DNA of 64,000 nt from Tubiluchus corallicola (lineage: Eukaryota > Animalia > Priapulida), in assembly GCA_030141605.1 (NCBI GenBank), contig JAQGDQ010000903.1, positions 17,987 to 81,986 of the forward strand, in the 5' to 3' direction. Made by a program: the position numbers and the translations under genes. The notes under the pieces are model-generated. The model did no database searches and was not told the DNA's origin. It was given only the letters and a program-made list of their open reading frames with translations. Positions 1-15,200 of the stretch are shown one piece after another (the first letter of the stretch is position 1; each line of letters starts with the position of its first letter).

Positions 1-725
1 ATCGCCGTTCTATTCTAACTGTCATAAATGCATTATAATCTCAAATGTAAACTTTATGCTTCCACTGAATCAAATCAAAATCAAATCAGGCTTATTTTTT
101 CATTAGCATTTCAGGAATGTACACACATAATAAAAATGTATAGACATAATCAGAGTAATAAATGTGTTAATAAAGGAAATAACAGTCATCAAGTCAGCTA
201 CCCTTTATTTGGCAATAAAGTAGGTTGATTTTGGCACTGGTTAGCATGGCAAATTAAATAATGATGTAAAGTTTCTGTTAAGTAATTGTCGATAATTATC
301 ATCTATATACATAATTTTCATCTGTAAAATTTGATAAGTAGTCACTTACACATTAGACATAGAATCTTATACACAAATTTCTTAACAATATTTCTATTGC
401 TGCTGTAGCTAGTCAGTAACTGCTAATATTTTGTTAGTATAATTATGAATCCGAAAAGCTGCTTCATACTTAACTATAGCCAGAGAATAAAGGGACCTAC
501 GTAAGTTAGCCTCTTCCGTGACTCTAACGGGAATTATGGCCTCTTTCTGTTACCCAGAGACAGAGCCTCTGACATGCATAAGAAGTTTACTGTATTGCCC
601 TTTTCTTTTGAGCGGTAAAAGATTCCTGTGATTGATTTGATGAAATATGTGGCATGCTCATGCTGTGGAATGCGAATAAATGGTCTATTTACGTGCGTGA
701 AATAGTTGTTTGCACTGACAAAAAT

Positions 726-3700
726 ATGTCAAAATCGTGCAAAAAACTAAGCAATGGTGAAAACGATTACACAGAGGCTTCAAAAGAGGTTGCCCTTATA
801 ATTACGTTATGAAAAATGACTGATCAGTGATGTACTAACGTAGGCGTATTCATATTGTTCACTTAGTTACTGTTTTTAAACTAAACCAATCTTGCATAGG
901 TTGGATATTATAAAAGGTTGGACATTCACGCTTACTCCGAAGTCGCTAATCTTCTCTCGACAATCTAAATTTGCTTTCAGCATGTGGCAGCATCTAGTGC
1001 AGTTTCGTTAGCAGGCTTTTCCGTGGCTGTTACTGCCAAATTTTTATTAAGTGATTGTTCACTATTTAGTTTAGCTCTGTGATTTGTATGTGTATAGAAA
1101 ATGCATAAACGTATGACACAATAGGTGCGACAAACTATGTAAACATGCTAAAGCTGTAATCTGTAAATCCTTCATGGTGCCAATTATGGGCAGTTTTCAT
1201 TCACTTTTTGCCCAATAAATAACAATAACTGTACGTGACTTTTTGCTATGTGGCAGCATTTTCTACGTCATTTTGTTGTCATGGGAATTTATATCAAAGC
1301 TTGTCCCCATAAGCCTGTGATAGTTGTCCCAATTCCAATAGGTGACTTTTGCATAATAAAATTTTACAGATAATGTTCGACTTTATAGCCACCATAGAAA
1401 GATTTTATATTAAAAGAATTAAAGCAAATTTGACAATTGTGATAATGTGTGCAATTGCAACATTGAAAACCAGATCTGGCATTTCACGCTGGACTTAATA
1501 TTATTGCTGGTAGCAATAGGACCAAAATCTAGCTTTTTATAAAAGGTAATCATTTTCATGAAATCCTTGGTTGGCGGAGGCATCTTAGCCATATTTGTAT
1601 ATATACTTATTCCAGGGGGGTAAAGCAGATTGAACTGCTCCAAATCATTTTGGTAACGGTCACCCATCCATTTTCTAGTGATGCTTTGAATTGCCTAACT
1701 ATACAACTGATCGGTGATCAGCAGTTTCCCCATTTTTAGGAGCTGGTGGAAAGACTTCAACAATGTGAATCTCACATTAAGCAGCTAAAAGCAATCATAG
1801 CTAAAGCATCTCAGTTGAAATCAGACAAATGCAGGCCTGATAAGAAGGAGAGACCATTTAATTTCTCAAGGTTTGTACACTGTTATGTCATCCAAAGAGT
1901 TTCGTTTTTTTATTGGGCGCTTTCCAGCAGTTTTCAGAAAATCTATTTTCAAGATATCATTTGCCAGTGTCTATTTTGTAAGATAAGCCCTGAGGTTGAC
2001 ATTTTTCACCGTGTTTCCTTGGCAACAAAGCAGCCAAGCAAAACTTTATTAAATACTAATCAGTTTAATTTTCAGCTGTTTGAGAAATTTATTATTTAAC
2101 TCGTGTCATATAATTGATACAGGATAGAGGTGACAGTAATAGTACCTACATGTATAATTTGCATGTTGTGTTGCATAAGATACTCCTAGCAAATGGCTTC
2201 AGGGGTGTACTTTTTTGCCACTAATAAACTGAAAATTTTTTAAATTTTACGAGTTTGTATCTTTTTAGGTACAATAAAAGGCATATAGCATTAAAGCTGC
2301 TTTACTTAGGATGGGATTATCAAGGTTATGCTGTACAAGATGAATGGCCTAAAACTATTGAAGCAGCTTTATTTGATGCGCTGATAAAAACACGGTTGAT
2401 AGAATCACGAGAAACGTCAAATTATCACAGATGTGGTAGAACAGACAAAGGTGTTAGTGCTTTAGGACAGGTATGTGTTTGAAAGTATTGAAAAGGCACA
2501 GACTACAACTGCGAAAGAGTTACATTTTTGATTATTGTTTTGCTCTTGCTTAAGTTTGTTTAATTTTTTTAATAGTAATTTTTTTGTTTCACAGACTGTT
2601 TTATTTATTGCTATGTGTGCATGAAGCTATGTATGGCTCAATATTAAGCTACAGTAAAGACGAAGTTACTCTGTAGATCAATCTACATTAAATAGAGGAT
2701 GAAATTCATCATGTTGATATCACTGCTTAAAGGACAAGAAAATGGCCAACCAAGGTAAGTCTCAGAAAATTTGCAAAAAAAATTATATCACCTAAGTATA
2801 ATCTTAAGCAAATAAAGTACTCACGTTTTCACATTTACTCCAATTTTTGTAAAATATTTCAACCGCTGAAGTAAACGTTGGCACAGGCATGTTTCATTTA
2901 GTTCGCCAATTGAAAAGCCAGCATGTGACTGATCACGTGGCATGACATCACTCGAACACAATCGCAGTGAGTTCTGAACACGTGTACTATAAAGATTTGT
3001 GTTGTGGTTTTGTGACGTCGTCTAATATGGCACCGCCGTGACAGTTTTACGGGAGTATTTAAAATGAAAACAAACAGGAAATTCTTTTAACGTGAGTATG
3101 ATAAACGCTTAAGATTGCCTTTAACCGATATAATTCTATAGCAAAAATTTTCTGAGACTTGCTTTAACTAGGCCTTTCCTTGTTCTTTAAAGGGGAAGAA
3201 AAGCTCATTTTAATGTATGTTTCAAAAAACTTTCCACACAAAATTATATTACTTAACATTATGCTAATCATGCTTACTTGCTTGAAAGACTTATGTAATT
3301 AAAAAAAGAAAATTCTCAGTACATACAGTAAAATGTTCACACTTCGCCTTCCGGTCATAGCGGGAGTTTGACTTTTCAAGCTTTATATAGCTTTGCTGCT
3401 AATGCAAGACAAATTTTTTTACCTTGATGTTAGAAAAGGGTTTTCTTGTGCTTTAAGGGGCCTGCTCAACTTACCTATTTTTTTTATTTCTACTTTAATT
3501 ATTATTTAATCTTTTTTTATTTTCTTTATATGCTTGCAGACTTTGACAATATTTATTTGGGGAGGTTTTCTTCACAACCTGACACGTGCATATTTCATTT
3601 TACATTTCTGCCCCCATTGCTTTAATATTCTTGCCATTTTAATTCCCTTTTAAAACCTCTATGTGCTCTAGTTATAATCATAATTATTTAGTGTCCAGTT

Positions 3701-6700
3701 TTTCTGTTAGCGTTTAACATTTATACAGGATTTAGTATCAATTTGTACTTAGTCACGTTTGTCCTGTATGGCAAACCTGGGAAAATATGAGCCAAACCGC
3801 TTACACTGTATTATAGTGTGCTTTTACATGACTATCCCACATTTCCTTGCAGTTTCTTTCTGCTTTGCCAAATTAGAATGCTCACTAAGTCACTTGGACG
3901 GATGATATGAATATAAGTTTTTTTATCACCGTTACAACCATTTCATCATTATATGCATTGACTGGCTTTACGTTTGCATCTGTGGGCTACACGTTTTTAT
4001 AAAACTATGCTTTTTTGTACTTTTAGTAATATTGCTCAGTATTTTTCCAAAAATTTTAAATCGTTTGTTTGTGTTAGGGCCCATTGTTTTTGCCTGGGAG
4101 ATTTTTGACTGAGTACTTTCATGATTTTCATAATTAATGTGGATATTGTGAAGTATCGTAATAGTTTGCTCTAAGGAGAATCGTACTAAATTATTATTAT
4201 TATTTATATTTATTTCAAACATTTTAAAGTTTTACGATGTGCTTTAAATAAATTTACAGTTTTTTCATTGTGCTATTTTTGCAATTATCTGTAACTGTTA
4301 TTTGATGTTTTTTTATTATCAGGTAGTATCACTTGATGTCAGAAGTACAGCAGTGGAAGGACGAGGAGTAACAGCTCATGGTGCAGCATCAGCAGCAGGT
4401 TTGTGTCAAGGATTTGTGACTGTTTTTGTATGTTACTCATTTATGTTACTTTAACTTTCTTGCTTAACAAATAAATGCTTGGCGACCATTTACGACAATT
4501 ATTTTTTAACTCCGCAGTGATTGTTGTCAAGAGTTTTTAGATTGCTTATAGAAACTACAAAGCAATGTCATCAAAAAATAAAAACATTAAAACAAATAGT
4601 TGTGAAAAATGATTATAAGTATTGATTTTTGCAATATTTTACATTGCTTTGCTCGTAACAAAAAATTTGTTCATTTTAGCACATAATTAGGGTGATGCTT
4701 ATAGATAACCACCAGGCTCAATCAACTTCCTACTAATATAATCTAGTTACACCTTTAAAGTTATTGTGTCAACTGTTAACATCAAAATAGCAGCCAGTGT
4801 GTCATATAACTTTACATTAGATTAAAAATTTTATTAGAAAACAATTTCTCCTTTATTTTTAGCAGTGGATAAATTTATTTAATAAAATTGCGGCACTGGC
4901 TAGATTTTCACAAAAACGTGAACTGATACAAGTCAGTAAAACAAAATTAAACAAAGTTTCTACGTGCATATAGAAAATTTAGGTTTTTACAGTTAACGTT
5001 GCAGATCAGCTAGTCAGCATTGAACGCACTTATAAGTCTAAAATGCACAAGTTCCAAGCATGGACTTAATATTGAATATGAAGATAATACCGTAATATAT
5101 GTAATTAAAGGTCTAATAACAGACTTAATTGTAAAGCGCTTCGAGATCACTTGACATGGTGCACTATATAGATTATAAATTATTATTATTATTATGTGCT
5201 GTGGTAATTGCAGCTGCATAGACAAGGAAAATTCTAATTAAATTTTTTATTTTATGTTTATTTAGAATTTCGCTTATACAGTAAAATCATCTATTTTAGG
5301 ACCGAATAAGCCGGAGATTCAATATGATCTTGTGCTGAATAAGGTGCTACCTCCTGAGCTAAGGGTTCTTGCTTGGGCCCCTGTAGATCAAGAATTCAGT
5401 GCTAGGTATACATATTCACAAACAAATTTGTTTACGTGAAATAGTTTTACTGTTAAGCTGTACAGTCATACTTCTGTTTTCGACCACAATTCGTTCCTAA
5501 AAAGTGTTCGAAAACCGATTTGGTTGAGTACCGAATCATTTATTCCCATAAGAAATAATGTAAAAGCAAATAATCCGTTCTCAAGCACCAGTATTACTAA
5601 AATGAAATATAATAATGCAAAAATGCTTATCTAAACAGTAGGTATGATATCATTGATAAGAAAAACATAATAGAATTACTTAGAAAGAAAAACATATTTA
5701 TTCTTGCATGGAAAAATATTACGTGTTGGTAGCAGCATGATGGCATGTGTAGGCAAGATCGGAAACACGTGCATGACTACTCTCGGGCACGGCCGGTTAC
5801 GCTCGGATCTAGTCATGTTCATCGCATGCTTGGTGGTTGGTCGAGTACCGAAATTTTAGTCGAGAACTCGAATTTTTTGGTCGAAAACCGATTTGTACGA
5901 GTATGGAGACGTTTGAAAACGGAGGTATGACTGTATTTATTAATGAATGTATACATAGAAAACATTGTAGGACTTTTAAAACTACGTACATACTTTTATA
6001 ATGATAGTTGTCCCTTTAGTTACTTTGTATGTCGCATGCTTCCAACTATCAATCTGTCTTTAGCTAGGACTTGTCTACATACATACTTAGTTTATTTTTT
6101 TGCTATTAATTTGTTGTGCTATTGATGAAAATGTTCTTTGTGGTATTGATTTTGCCAAATGACTTTAATATTTAAACAAATCAGCGACATCAATGGCAAC
6201 AGCACATTGCGAAGTCAAACTTTGTGTGCTGAATCTATGTTTTTAACATAGCATTTGTGTTTTTCATATAATTACAACATCACATAATTATAACATTATT
6301 TGAAATGGCTTTGAGATATAAATTATGTACAGAATACATTCTTTCAGTTAGGATTTATTTGTAAGTTTAACAGTCTAGTGAATTGAAAAGATACCATTTT
6401 ATCTTTGATTCTGTATAATATTTTAGGTTTGACTGCGTTGAGCGTGAGTACCGGTACTACTTTCCTCGAGGCGGATTAAACATTCAACTGATGCGTGAAG
6501 CGGCATCGTTACTTACAGGGGTTCATGACTTTAGAAATCTGTGCAAAATGGATGTGGGAAATGGTGTTGTTAACTACACTAGAAGTATTAGTAGAGCAGA
6601 CATTCGGCAGCTACTGTTTGGGTATACGCAAATCACTTATACCTTTTTAAATAACACATGTGTGTAACTAAACATAGAGGTGATAACTTAGACGTTGCTT

Positions 6701-9700
6701 GATACGAACTCTCTCAAGTACTGTTGTGTTAAGTGTCGAAAGCTCATTACGTGCCTGTGACAACGTTTCAGAAATTATTGTGATTTTGACAACTGAAATT
6801 TAAGCTTATCAGCAAAATCCTCATTATGATTGTCCACTTTTGGACACTCAGAGTACAGCTGCACTGCTATCCTGTTTTTAACTTTTTAATATAATTGTTC
6901 TATTGTCGATTTCTTTGTAGTAATGATGGTGACCATGGTTATGAAATGATGGAGCTTTGTATATCAGGAAAAGCATTTCTGTGGCATCAGATTCGTTGTA
7001 TTGTCAGCATTCTCTTTCTAGTTGGCGGAGGCAAAGAGAAGCCAGAGGTGATGGTAGTGGCCAGCTTGGAGAGGGTTAAATTGAATTAAATTAAATTATG
7101 TTTGAAGTGGGCAAACTGCCAATTATGCATTTAGGATAATATACGAGCTAATAAAGTAAAATAGGATTAGCTGACCTAAGAAATCTTTTTACATCCAGAT
7201 TTTAGCAGCTGGCAAAACGGGCAACTTTGACTTCGTGTTGATGAGCAAATTCACTTGCATCGTGCATTACCCGACTATGCGGGTTTCATAAATTGTATTT
7301 GGTGTACTGACCCATCACTATCCATTGATTGCAAGCTCTATCATTGTGTATTTTTACTTATGATATCATTACATATTCACCTCGAAAAAGTTGTGAAGAA
7401 TTTAAGGTTAACTGTATGCAGGAGAAACCAGTTGAACAGTATTTTAAAGGTGGCATACTTAGGAAGTGTAACAATTTTCGACTTTCTGTCATTTATCATT
7501 GTTCTGTTTTTTTGTTTTTGTATGAAATATAAGAAGAGAGAGAGAAGAACTGAGTAAGTGTAATGAATTTTGGACAAGATTAGTTTGCATTTGTAAATTC
7601 TTTTTGAGGGTTTTTGTAAGGAGTACAGTTTTTTCTGTAGGTTTAGTTGTTTTATACAGCAAGAGTTTGTGCCGGTGAATAGATTTAATTGTCATGTTAG
7701 TTGTTATTTTGCATATAGGTAATCACAGAGTTGCTAGATGTAGATCGATATCCAAGGAAACCGCAGTACAGCCTGGCAGCCGACTTTCCACTCGTCTTGT
7801 TTGATTGTCAGTATGAAGGCATTGAATGGCTTTATAATAAAGGTAAGACATATATATTTGTAGCCATGTTTGAGTAGACAAGCTGTGGGGGACAGGGTGC
7901 TTACAACTGAGTTTTATGAATTAGTGATAGTTGCATGTTACAAGTTTTGCAGTTTCTGTGTTTTTATTTTTAGAAGTGAGTTGTAGTGTTTGATTGAAAT
8001 TGCATGTTGCTTCAGCAGTTGCAGCAGCTGTCGCTTTTGCAAAATTCGATCATTTTTCGCATTAAATGTTGTAGACCAGGACAGGTGCAATATTACCAGT
8101 ACAAATGAAGCCAAGATAATCTTGTATGTTCACTTTTTACTTTAAATCCGAGATTTTTAATCACTGTAAAAAATTTGCACGATTTACTTTGGAATTCTTG
8201 AAGGTAGACGAATGTGGTTCATTTGTCATTACCTGCAGCTTTAGTACTGCTTTAAAATCAGAGAAACTGATCTTTAAATTCAAAATCCTGACTTTAAAGT
8301 CAGGATCTTTACAAACAGACAGTTAACCCCTTTTTTGAAGAAAACATTAGCCCTAACATGTTTTCAAGCACACTAATATGATTTACAAATTTTCATGATG
8401 CATAAAAATGGTATTTTTGTATTACTTTGGTAAAAATGTATTTCGGCAGGCAGGAACTTTGACCAGTGAGAGTCGGGACAGTGACTTTGTGCTGCCTGCA
8501 AAAAATTGCAGTCATTATTATATTTTATTATTAATATGTTATGCAGAAATTGTTATACACATAAAAAACCAGAAAGCCAATCTTGTCATTTTTCTCGTTA
8601 CAGAAGTTCACAGAAATAACATCAGGCACTTCCAGCAACTATGGAGTAAATATGCAATACACACAACAATGATAAGATCAGCATTGTTGTGCATGGAGAC
8701 AATGGGACGTACTGGTACAGCAAGCAAACTGAATGAAGAAGATGGAGAACAATCAGTAGAAACAGGTGAAAGTGATAAGGTAACAGCAGCTCCTACATCA
8801 CAGTGGGATAACGTAACGTATCAGTGTGAGGCTCTGATGCTGGGAAATAGAACGAAGACCCACAAACCGCTCCTTCAGAGAGAAACTTGTGGTATGTGAA
8901 AACTGTCAATTTGATATACATTCTAAGCAGATGCAGCTGATAAGAAGTACATCATCATCATTGTCATCATCATCATCATTATAATAAGCCCACTATGTCG
9001 ATTACAAACATTGGATAGGCATAATTCAAAAACAAAAGAAATCTGCCTTCAAGACAGCAGAAAATCTCTGTGCACATCTACAGTTGGCATATGCATAGCA
9101 TTGCCAGTTTATGTTGTGCTATTCACAGTTTGTCTCAGTTAAACAACTTTCTAATATTTGAGATGCATGATTCGCCACGATATTATAGTATTTTCATGAC
9201 TAGCATGACGTTGCCAATGTCAGTGAGGCAATTAAGAGCTGCTACACTTGTGTAATTCTAGTCTTCTAAACAGAAAAGCCATTCAGTCCTCGCTTTGTAC
9301 AATCGTCATCCTTCTTTGTGTATTTAGTAGCTATATCTGTACCTAGGGATGTTGAAAGATACACATTTGATGATGCGGTAACGATACTTTTTTCCACAGA
9401 CACAATAACAATAATCTGTTTTTCACATGATATGATAAATTATTTCAAATGATAAAAACAATTCAGAACAGTGTGGTTAGTTACTGTGCAAAGTGTCTCA
9501 ATGTATTGTAACACCCTATTTTTTGCTGGCTGGATTCAAATTAATGTATAGTTACGTCATGTAATTTACGAAAAGTTCCCTTTTTTGTTTAGTCATAAAA
9601 TAATATGTGAGCTGCTACAAGCAAATATATTACTAGATCTATTATAATATTTATTTATGTGAGCTGCACAGCCTGTCTATATCTGTTTTTAACTATAAAA

Positions 9701-9954
9701 AGGTGAGTAATGAACCAGTTCTGAACCAAAGTTTGTTTTCGTCCTGCATTATTCATTATTTTATTTCTTGAGCTCAATCACAGTATGTTGGAAAACTTAA
9801 ATTTAAGTTGATTGCCTTTGTTTCAGCGAGTTTGTCTGACAAGATTGACCACTTTGTAAAACGAAGACGAATTGAAGATCCAGCAAAGAAAAAAGATGGT
9901 CCTGGTGATGAAGTTAGTGGGAGCGATGCGAATGTACATAAACAGTTATTGTGA
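726..9954 (+). CDS. PUS3: tRNA pseudouridine(38/39) synthase, TruA family; 10 exons, ~479 aa
   Basis: Exons 726-788, 1740-1870, 2269-2470, 4323-4398, 5300-5405, 6427-6621, 6921-7047, 7719-7842, 8604-8891, 9827-9954 join in frame through GT-AG introns (1440 nt). Motifs: RHIALKLLYLGWDYQG, CGRTDKGVSA (catalytic Asp), FSARFDC, HDFRNLCKMD, AFLWHQIRCI, PRKPQY. Confidence 0.95.
2731..3186. mobile_element. Non-autonomous DNA element with TTAA target sites (Kolobok-like) in PUS3 intron 3
   Basis: TTAA on both sides; ~45-bp imperfect TIR (aggacaagaaaatggcc...aagtctcagaaaatttgc vs gcaaaaattttctgagactt...ggcctttccttgttct). Confidence 0.7.
3191..3452. mobile_element. Second TTAA-bounded element sharing the TTAA of the first
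   Basis: TTAA|aggggaagaaaagc ... gggttttcttgtgct|TTAA; the TIR is short and weak. Confidence 0.4.
5463..5933. mobile_element. Tc1/mariner/pogo (Tigger-like) MITE
   Basis: TA|cagtcatacttctgttttcga ... tttgaaaacggaggtatgactg|TA: ~20-bp TIR with TA target duplication. Confidence 0.85.
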
Positions 9955-12242
9955 TTCATGATTCACATTTGAAGATTGAATTTTAAATTAAATTTATTTT
10001 AAAGTCAACTTTCACTGGTATCAGATGAACGTTCTCAATATAAAAATGTTAATGATTATGGATGTCAATATTATTCTCATTAAAATTGTATATACTGCAT
10101 TATCTTGATTAAAATAAGGCATTTAAGCATAAAAGTCGATTAGCAGTTGTGCCAAATTGTTCATTCGTTATACATTGCACAAAAGGGAATTGCACAAAGA
10201 TAATACACTTGATAAAAATAACTTTATACTTGAACATTTAACTTTCTATATGATAAATCACAAATCACGAATTAATTGTTTCCTTTTGCAGCATAAGCAT
10301 TTATATAAATTTATTGATAACATGGAATAAAGTTCAAAAAATAATCAGAGCATTCACCACACACACTTCACTAAACTAAGCAACAGTTTGAATTACTTTA
10401 TACTGTCAGTAAGATCAATAACGTTTTTCTTGGTAAGTCATGGGTGCACACCGAGAAGGTGAGTCAGTGATGTTTTACCAGGTGGCTGATGATATATTTT
10501 AAATTATCCAGAATTTTCTTTTCCAATTATGTAACAGGTAAGCGTAATGCTTAGTGACATAACTTTGTATGGAAAGTTCTTTGGTATATACTTTAAAATT
10601 ACCTTTAAGACCCCTTTAAAAATCAAGCACACACAAGTAACAAATACCATTCAATAGTTTATTGAACATTTATTAATACATAGAGTTCATATATATCATC
10701 TATAAAGAGATAAATATTAACCGAAATTTCCTTTATTATACAAAAATACCACTATAAATGTGATCGACTTACGACATTCGTAAGACACCCTAATAACACT
10801 TCAGTGCTACTGCAGTCCAGATCCTTGATCATATTGTTTCTATACTCATGACAGCTATTTAACTATCTACTATTTATTACTATAATCTATAATGAAACAA
10901 TGATAAAATGGGCTATAATAAATAACAAATCTCATATCTTAATGACAAGCAGCAGATACTGGGCTTGCCGATTCCAAATGAAGAAACTAAATGCTAAATG
11001 AAGATTTTGCAATCACGGATTAATATATGTATGCCAGCAGTTACTTAACTCCAGTTACCCAACACGTGATATAAAAAATTTAACGATAGCTAACTCAATT
11101 GTCAGGTGGTTAAGTTAATAAGCAATTTTAGGGCAAATCCTGTATGCCGTGTATCGAGTTTGGTATGAAATTATAAAATTTTCTGAGAGTATACAAAAAT
11201 GTGGGTAGCCGAATTAATGAAAGGAAATATAACTGCTTGTATGCCCTTAAACTTTTACCCAGGAAGATAAAAAAGTAATAGCGCAGTCAGATTTGTTTTA
11301 CTATTCTGTCAAAAATATCGATGCATTTATTATGTTGTCTATCCAATGTGTATGGGCCATTGCGGCCTGTACTCGGTAGCATACCATAAACAGTTTTCCT
11401 GTAAGAATTACTGCCATGCATGATACTATCAAGAAACAGTTCTCAAACAGAAATAGCAGGGCAATCAGATAAACAGAAGGAGCCATGAATTTCGACATAC
11501 TCAATGAACCGATTGTGACGATGATCTGTGGTTATTTCTCACTGGACCTTCAAAGACCTACGACTTTGACCTTGAAATGACACCCTTTCTGTTACAAGCT
11601 CATCAAAAATAATAAACTTCCACCACAGTGCAAAAGTTAAGCCTACTGTGGCATAAGCCAAATCCTATAGATCCAGCTGTGTTACAAGCTGTAAGTCCAA
11701 AGTTACTGGTCAAAGCGCAACAGTGAAAGTCCAGTCTGAGTATGCACATATAAAAGCATAATGCGAAATATTTAAACACATGTCTGGACTGACAAACACT
11801 GAATGTATTCCAGTGATAAGAGACAGAAAACACATATTTGTTTACAGAATCAACAGTCACCCCGTCATACAAAGGTCAGGTGATTTAAGAGTGACTTTGT
11901 ACGCTTGCATCAGCAATAATCAATGGGTGATTCAAATGCAGTTCATGTGAAAATAACGCCTAAAAACAACTGATGTTTACGTCACAGCTACCTGTAGAAA
12001 AGTAACAGCTAGAATTCACATTTAGTTTATCCTACTGTGATTTAATCTTTTTAAACCTGAACTCACCTGAAGCAAGAACATCACAATTATTATTTAATCC
12101 AAGGTTACGCACCTCACAAAGGTGAGGACACGTGTTGTCATGTAACAACTATATTTTGAATTTACATGTATTTAGATCACATTTTCACCTAGGGATGCTG
12201 TAATAGCTTTATCACAGGAATACGAAACGTGTTGTTTTTTAA

Positions 12243-15200
12243 TCAGCTCACGTGTGTTTCATACAGTCTCTTGTACATGATGTCTCGGTGCTGGGGCTGC
12301 AGGTATGGATGAAGTGTCCTTTCCATGCAATCAATCCGTCTTTGAAAACGACATCTAAACAGAAATATGACACGTGTTTTAGCAGCGCAAATTGAAGGAT
12401 TACTTGTTGGCCAAGCCAATTCATATTAACCATAATAATGTTGGTGCAAATATGCCACAGTGAAGAAAATTTTTTATGGTTTTACTGTCGAAACCAAAAA
12501 TACATACAGACTGTTTTACGTATAAGCTCTTGAGTTAAAGTAAGTTTAAAAGTACAACCTTCTTTGATTGGCTAAAAATACTACATATAGCTAACTTGAC
12601 TACAGGCAAACAAGTGTACGTTGTGAAATTAAACAACTGATTTCTTAACTCTTATTTCTTCACTTGACAGTAAATTAAAGCCAGTGTTACGGGCATACCT
12701 GTCACGAGCAAACTCTTCCCATGGACCTTTGCGAGCAGCTTGGTAGGCATATGCCCACACGATCATATGATGTACATGTTCCAGTTCTTCAGCAAAATGT
12801 ACCTAGAAATTTTTTGCATAACATTATGCATTTAGAAACAATAAAGAACAACCAAACAACACAGGAGACCAAGTGCAATTTTTAACTACAGCCTTATGTC
12901 CCACTAAAATCAACTGTACATATGTAGAAGTTCCACTCTGATTGATGCAACTTATGAAACTTAACTGAAGCAGTATCAAATTCTGGGTTGATCTTTTCTG
13001 TCTGTGAAGCCAAAATATTTAATGACAACATCCAATGCATGTTATGTAAATATGGTTAGCACTGTAATCTTTACCCAACGAACAAGAAAATGGATCACAG
13101 CATGCAATTCAGTCATGAAAAGAATATTCATTAGTCAGTTTGCTGGTTGGTCATTACGTTAGTAAGTAATTTAAGTCGCCCAATCGGTCTCAGTTTGATA
13201 GTTAAGCCAACCAGAAGGTCAGTTGTCAGCTAGCCTGCAAATGATGGAGAATCAATCAAACAATCAAAAAAAGGGAAAATGGCAGAAGGAATCGACTAGC
13301 CAGTTGTGATATTTAATAAACGTGTTTAAGAGCAAATGGCAATGGTATATCAGTACTTTTTCCTTTACATTCACAATGTAGTTTTCAAATTACTTAAGAG
13401 CAAAAAACTATTTACCCGTTTTTCCCATTGTGATGTTGCCGGTTGACACTCATCATCAATGACTTCTCCTGCAGACGACCGTGCCAAATTACGTGCGCTA
13501 GCTGATCTGTGAAGGTGACCGTTAGAGGGCTCTGCTGCATCATACATGTTCGTCAAGTCAGGTGAAGAATGATACATCAAGTTTTCATCATCAGACCACC
13601 CATCATCATCATCAACATTTTCATCAACATCACTGTCTGTGTCAGAATCTCTGCCGAGTATAAAATCGAGGTGTGGATTGCTATAATGTTGTCTATTCAA
13701 TTCACTGTCTCTTTCTGAAAAAACAACAAACATTAACTATTTTCTACTTGATATGAAGTTAATAAAAAGGAACAACTCGCTATGTTTAACTTTGAACAGA
13801 CTGGCGATCTGCAAATACTTCTTCATTAATTTGCTAGTGTGACAGATGTACTACTGCACATTCTAATTTGAAAAACTTGAATCCAGCTGAATATTCACTG
13901 TTATTTACTACACAGCATTACGTTTACATAGCAAATTTCAATAGAATTTTGTACTTATTAGTTGGCTTCAAAAATGAAGGCTTACCAAATCTGTATGATC
14001 CATAAAAACATATTTATTTAATATTGTACATATTAATCCAGCTAAAAATCATTAACGTTTCCATTACCTTCATTGACAAATATCACAGGGTCATCATCAT
14101 CATCATCATCATCACCACTATGGTCCTCTGTCCAATTTTCATTGACTTGCTGATCACATGACCCTAGACTAGACACTATCGGAAAAGTAAAAATGACAGG
14201 AACATGTTCTACAGAAAATCGTTCAACACACTGCACACCTGATTCTGGTTTAGAAAGGTGGCACTGAACGGCAACATCAAAGGTCTTACTAACTGTCGAT
14301 TCCAAAAGTTTAGTAGACGCAGATGGGGATCGTAGGTTAAGCAGTTCGTTCTTCCACAGTTTCTTAGCCGACTGTTTTCGCCGTCGTTTTGGCTGTGAGG
14401 CCACATGGACAAAAGGTGCAACCTTGTTAACTTCACTAATGTTTGTCTGTGTTCCCTGTGACATCATACTATTGTACCTGTGCTTGGGCTTCCATGATAC
14501 TTTATCCACAATGCGCAATGAATGATTCTCATTATCAAAGTCAAAATGACATTTAGGGCGAGTTATAACTTTCATTGAATTTCCTGACGTCTTACGCTTA
14601 TTCGAACTGTCATTAGCATAAGTCCTTGCTTTATTTCCATCACAACTGTTAATTGATTTAGTTTGCGCTTTGCTGTACATTGTCACTTTAGGAAATGGCA
14701 TAAACTTTCTACCGATGCCCTCACTGTTAAGTTGATGTGTTTGCTGCCAAGGTTTCCTAGTGTCACCTTTTTTAACAATTGTTTTTCTTCGAATGGGTGT
14801 TGGAATAGTAGACATGTTGCTGCGCTTTGTCTTGCTAAGCCCGTCTAGTTTATCGATATCCAACTTGGACTGCGACAATTTGCTATAGAAACCGTTCGCA
14901 AGGTGCGAGTTCTGCTCTTGTTTCTCACTACTAGTATTAATTGATTTTACATTACACACAACTTTTGCATAGCTTGGTTTCGCATCACAGTCTTCAATTA
15001 GCAGTTTGCTTTCAATTTTCACATGATTCACATTATCCACTTTTGGCATTTCCTGAGCACACTTTGATGCAGCAGTATTTGCCTCTCTAGTTTTTACAAT
15101 GTCTGCATATGACATGGTATTATTGTCAACTGATTCCCTTTGCTCTTGTGCACAGTCTGATGCAGCACTACTTTTCTCTGCATTGGACTGAAATGCATGT

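Noticed and set aside
495-580. Possible first exon of a gene divergent from PUS3 (minus-strand GTAGGT donor)
   Set aside because: Both nearby ATGs hit stops; it could be a UTR exon but cannot be supported from this window.
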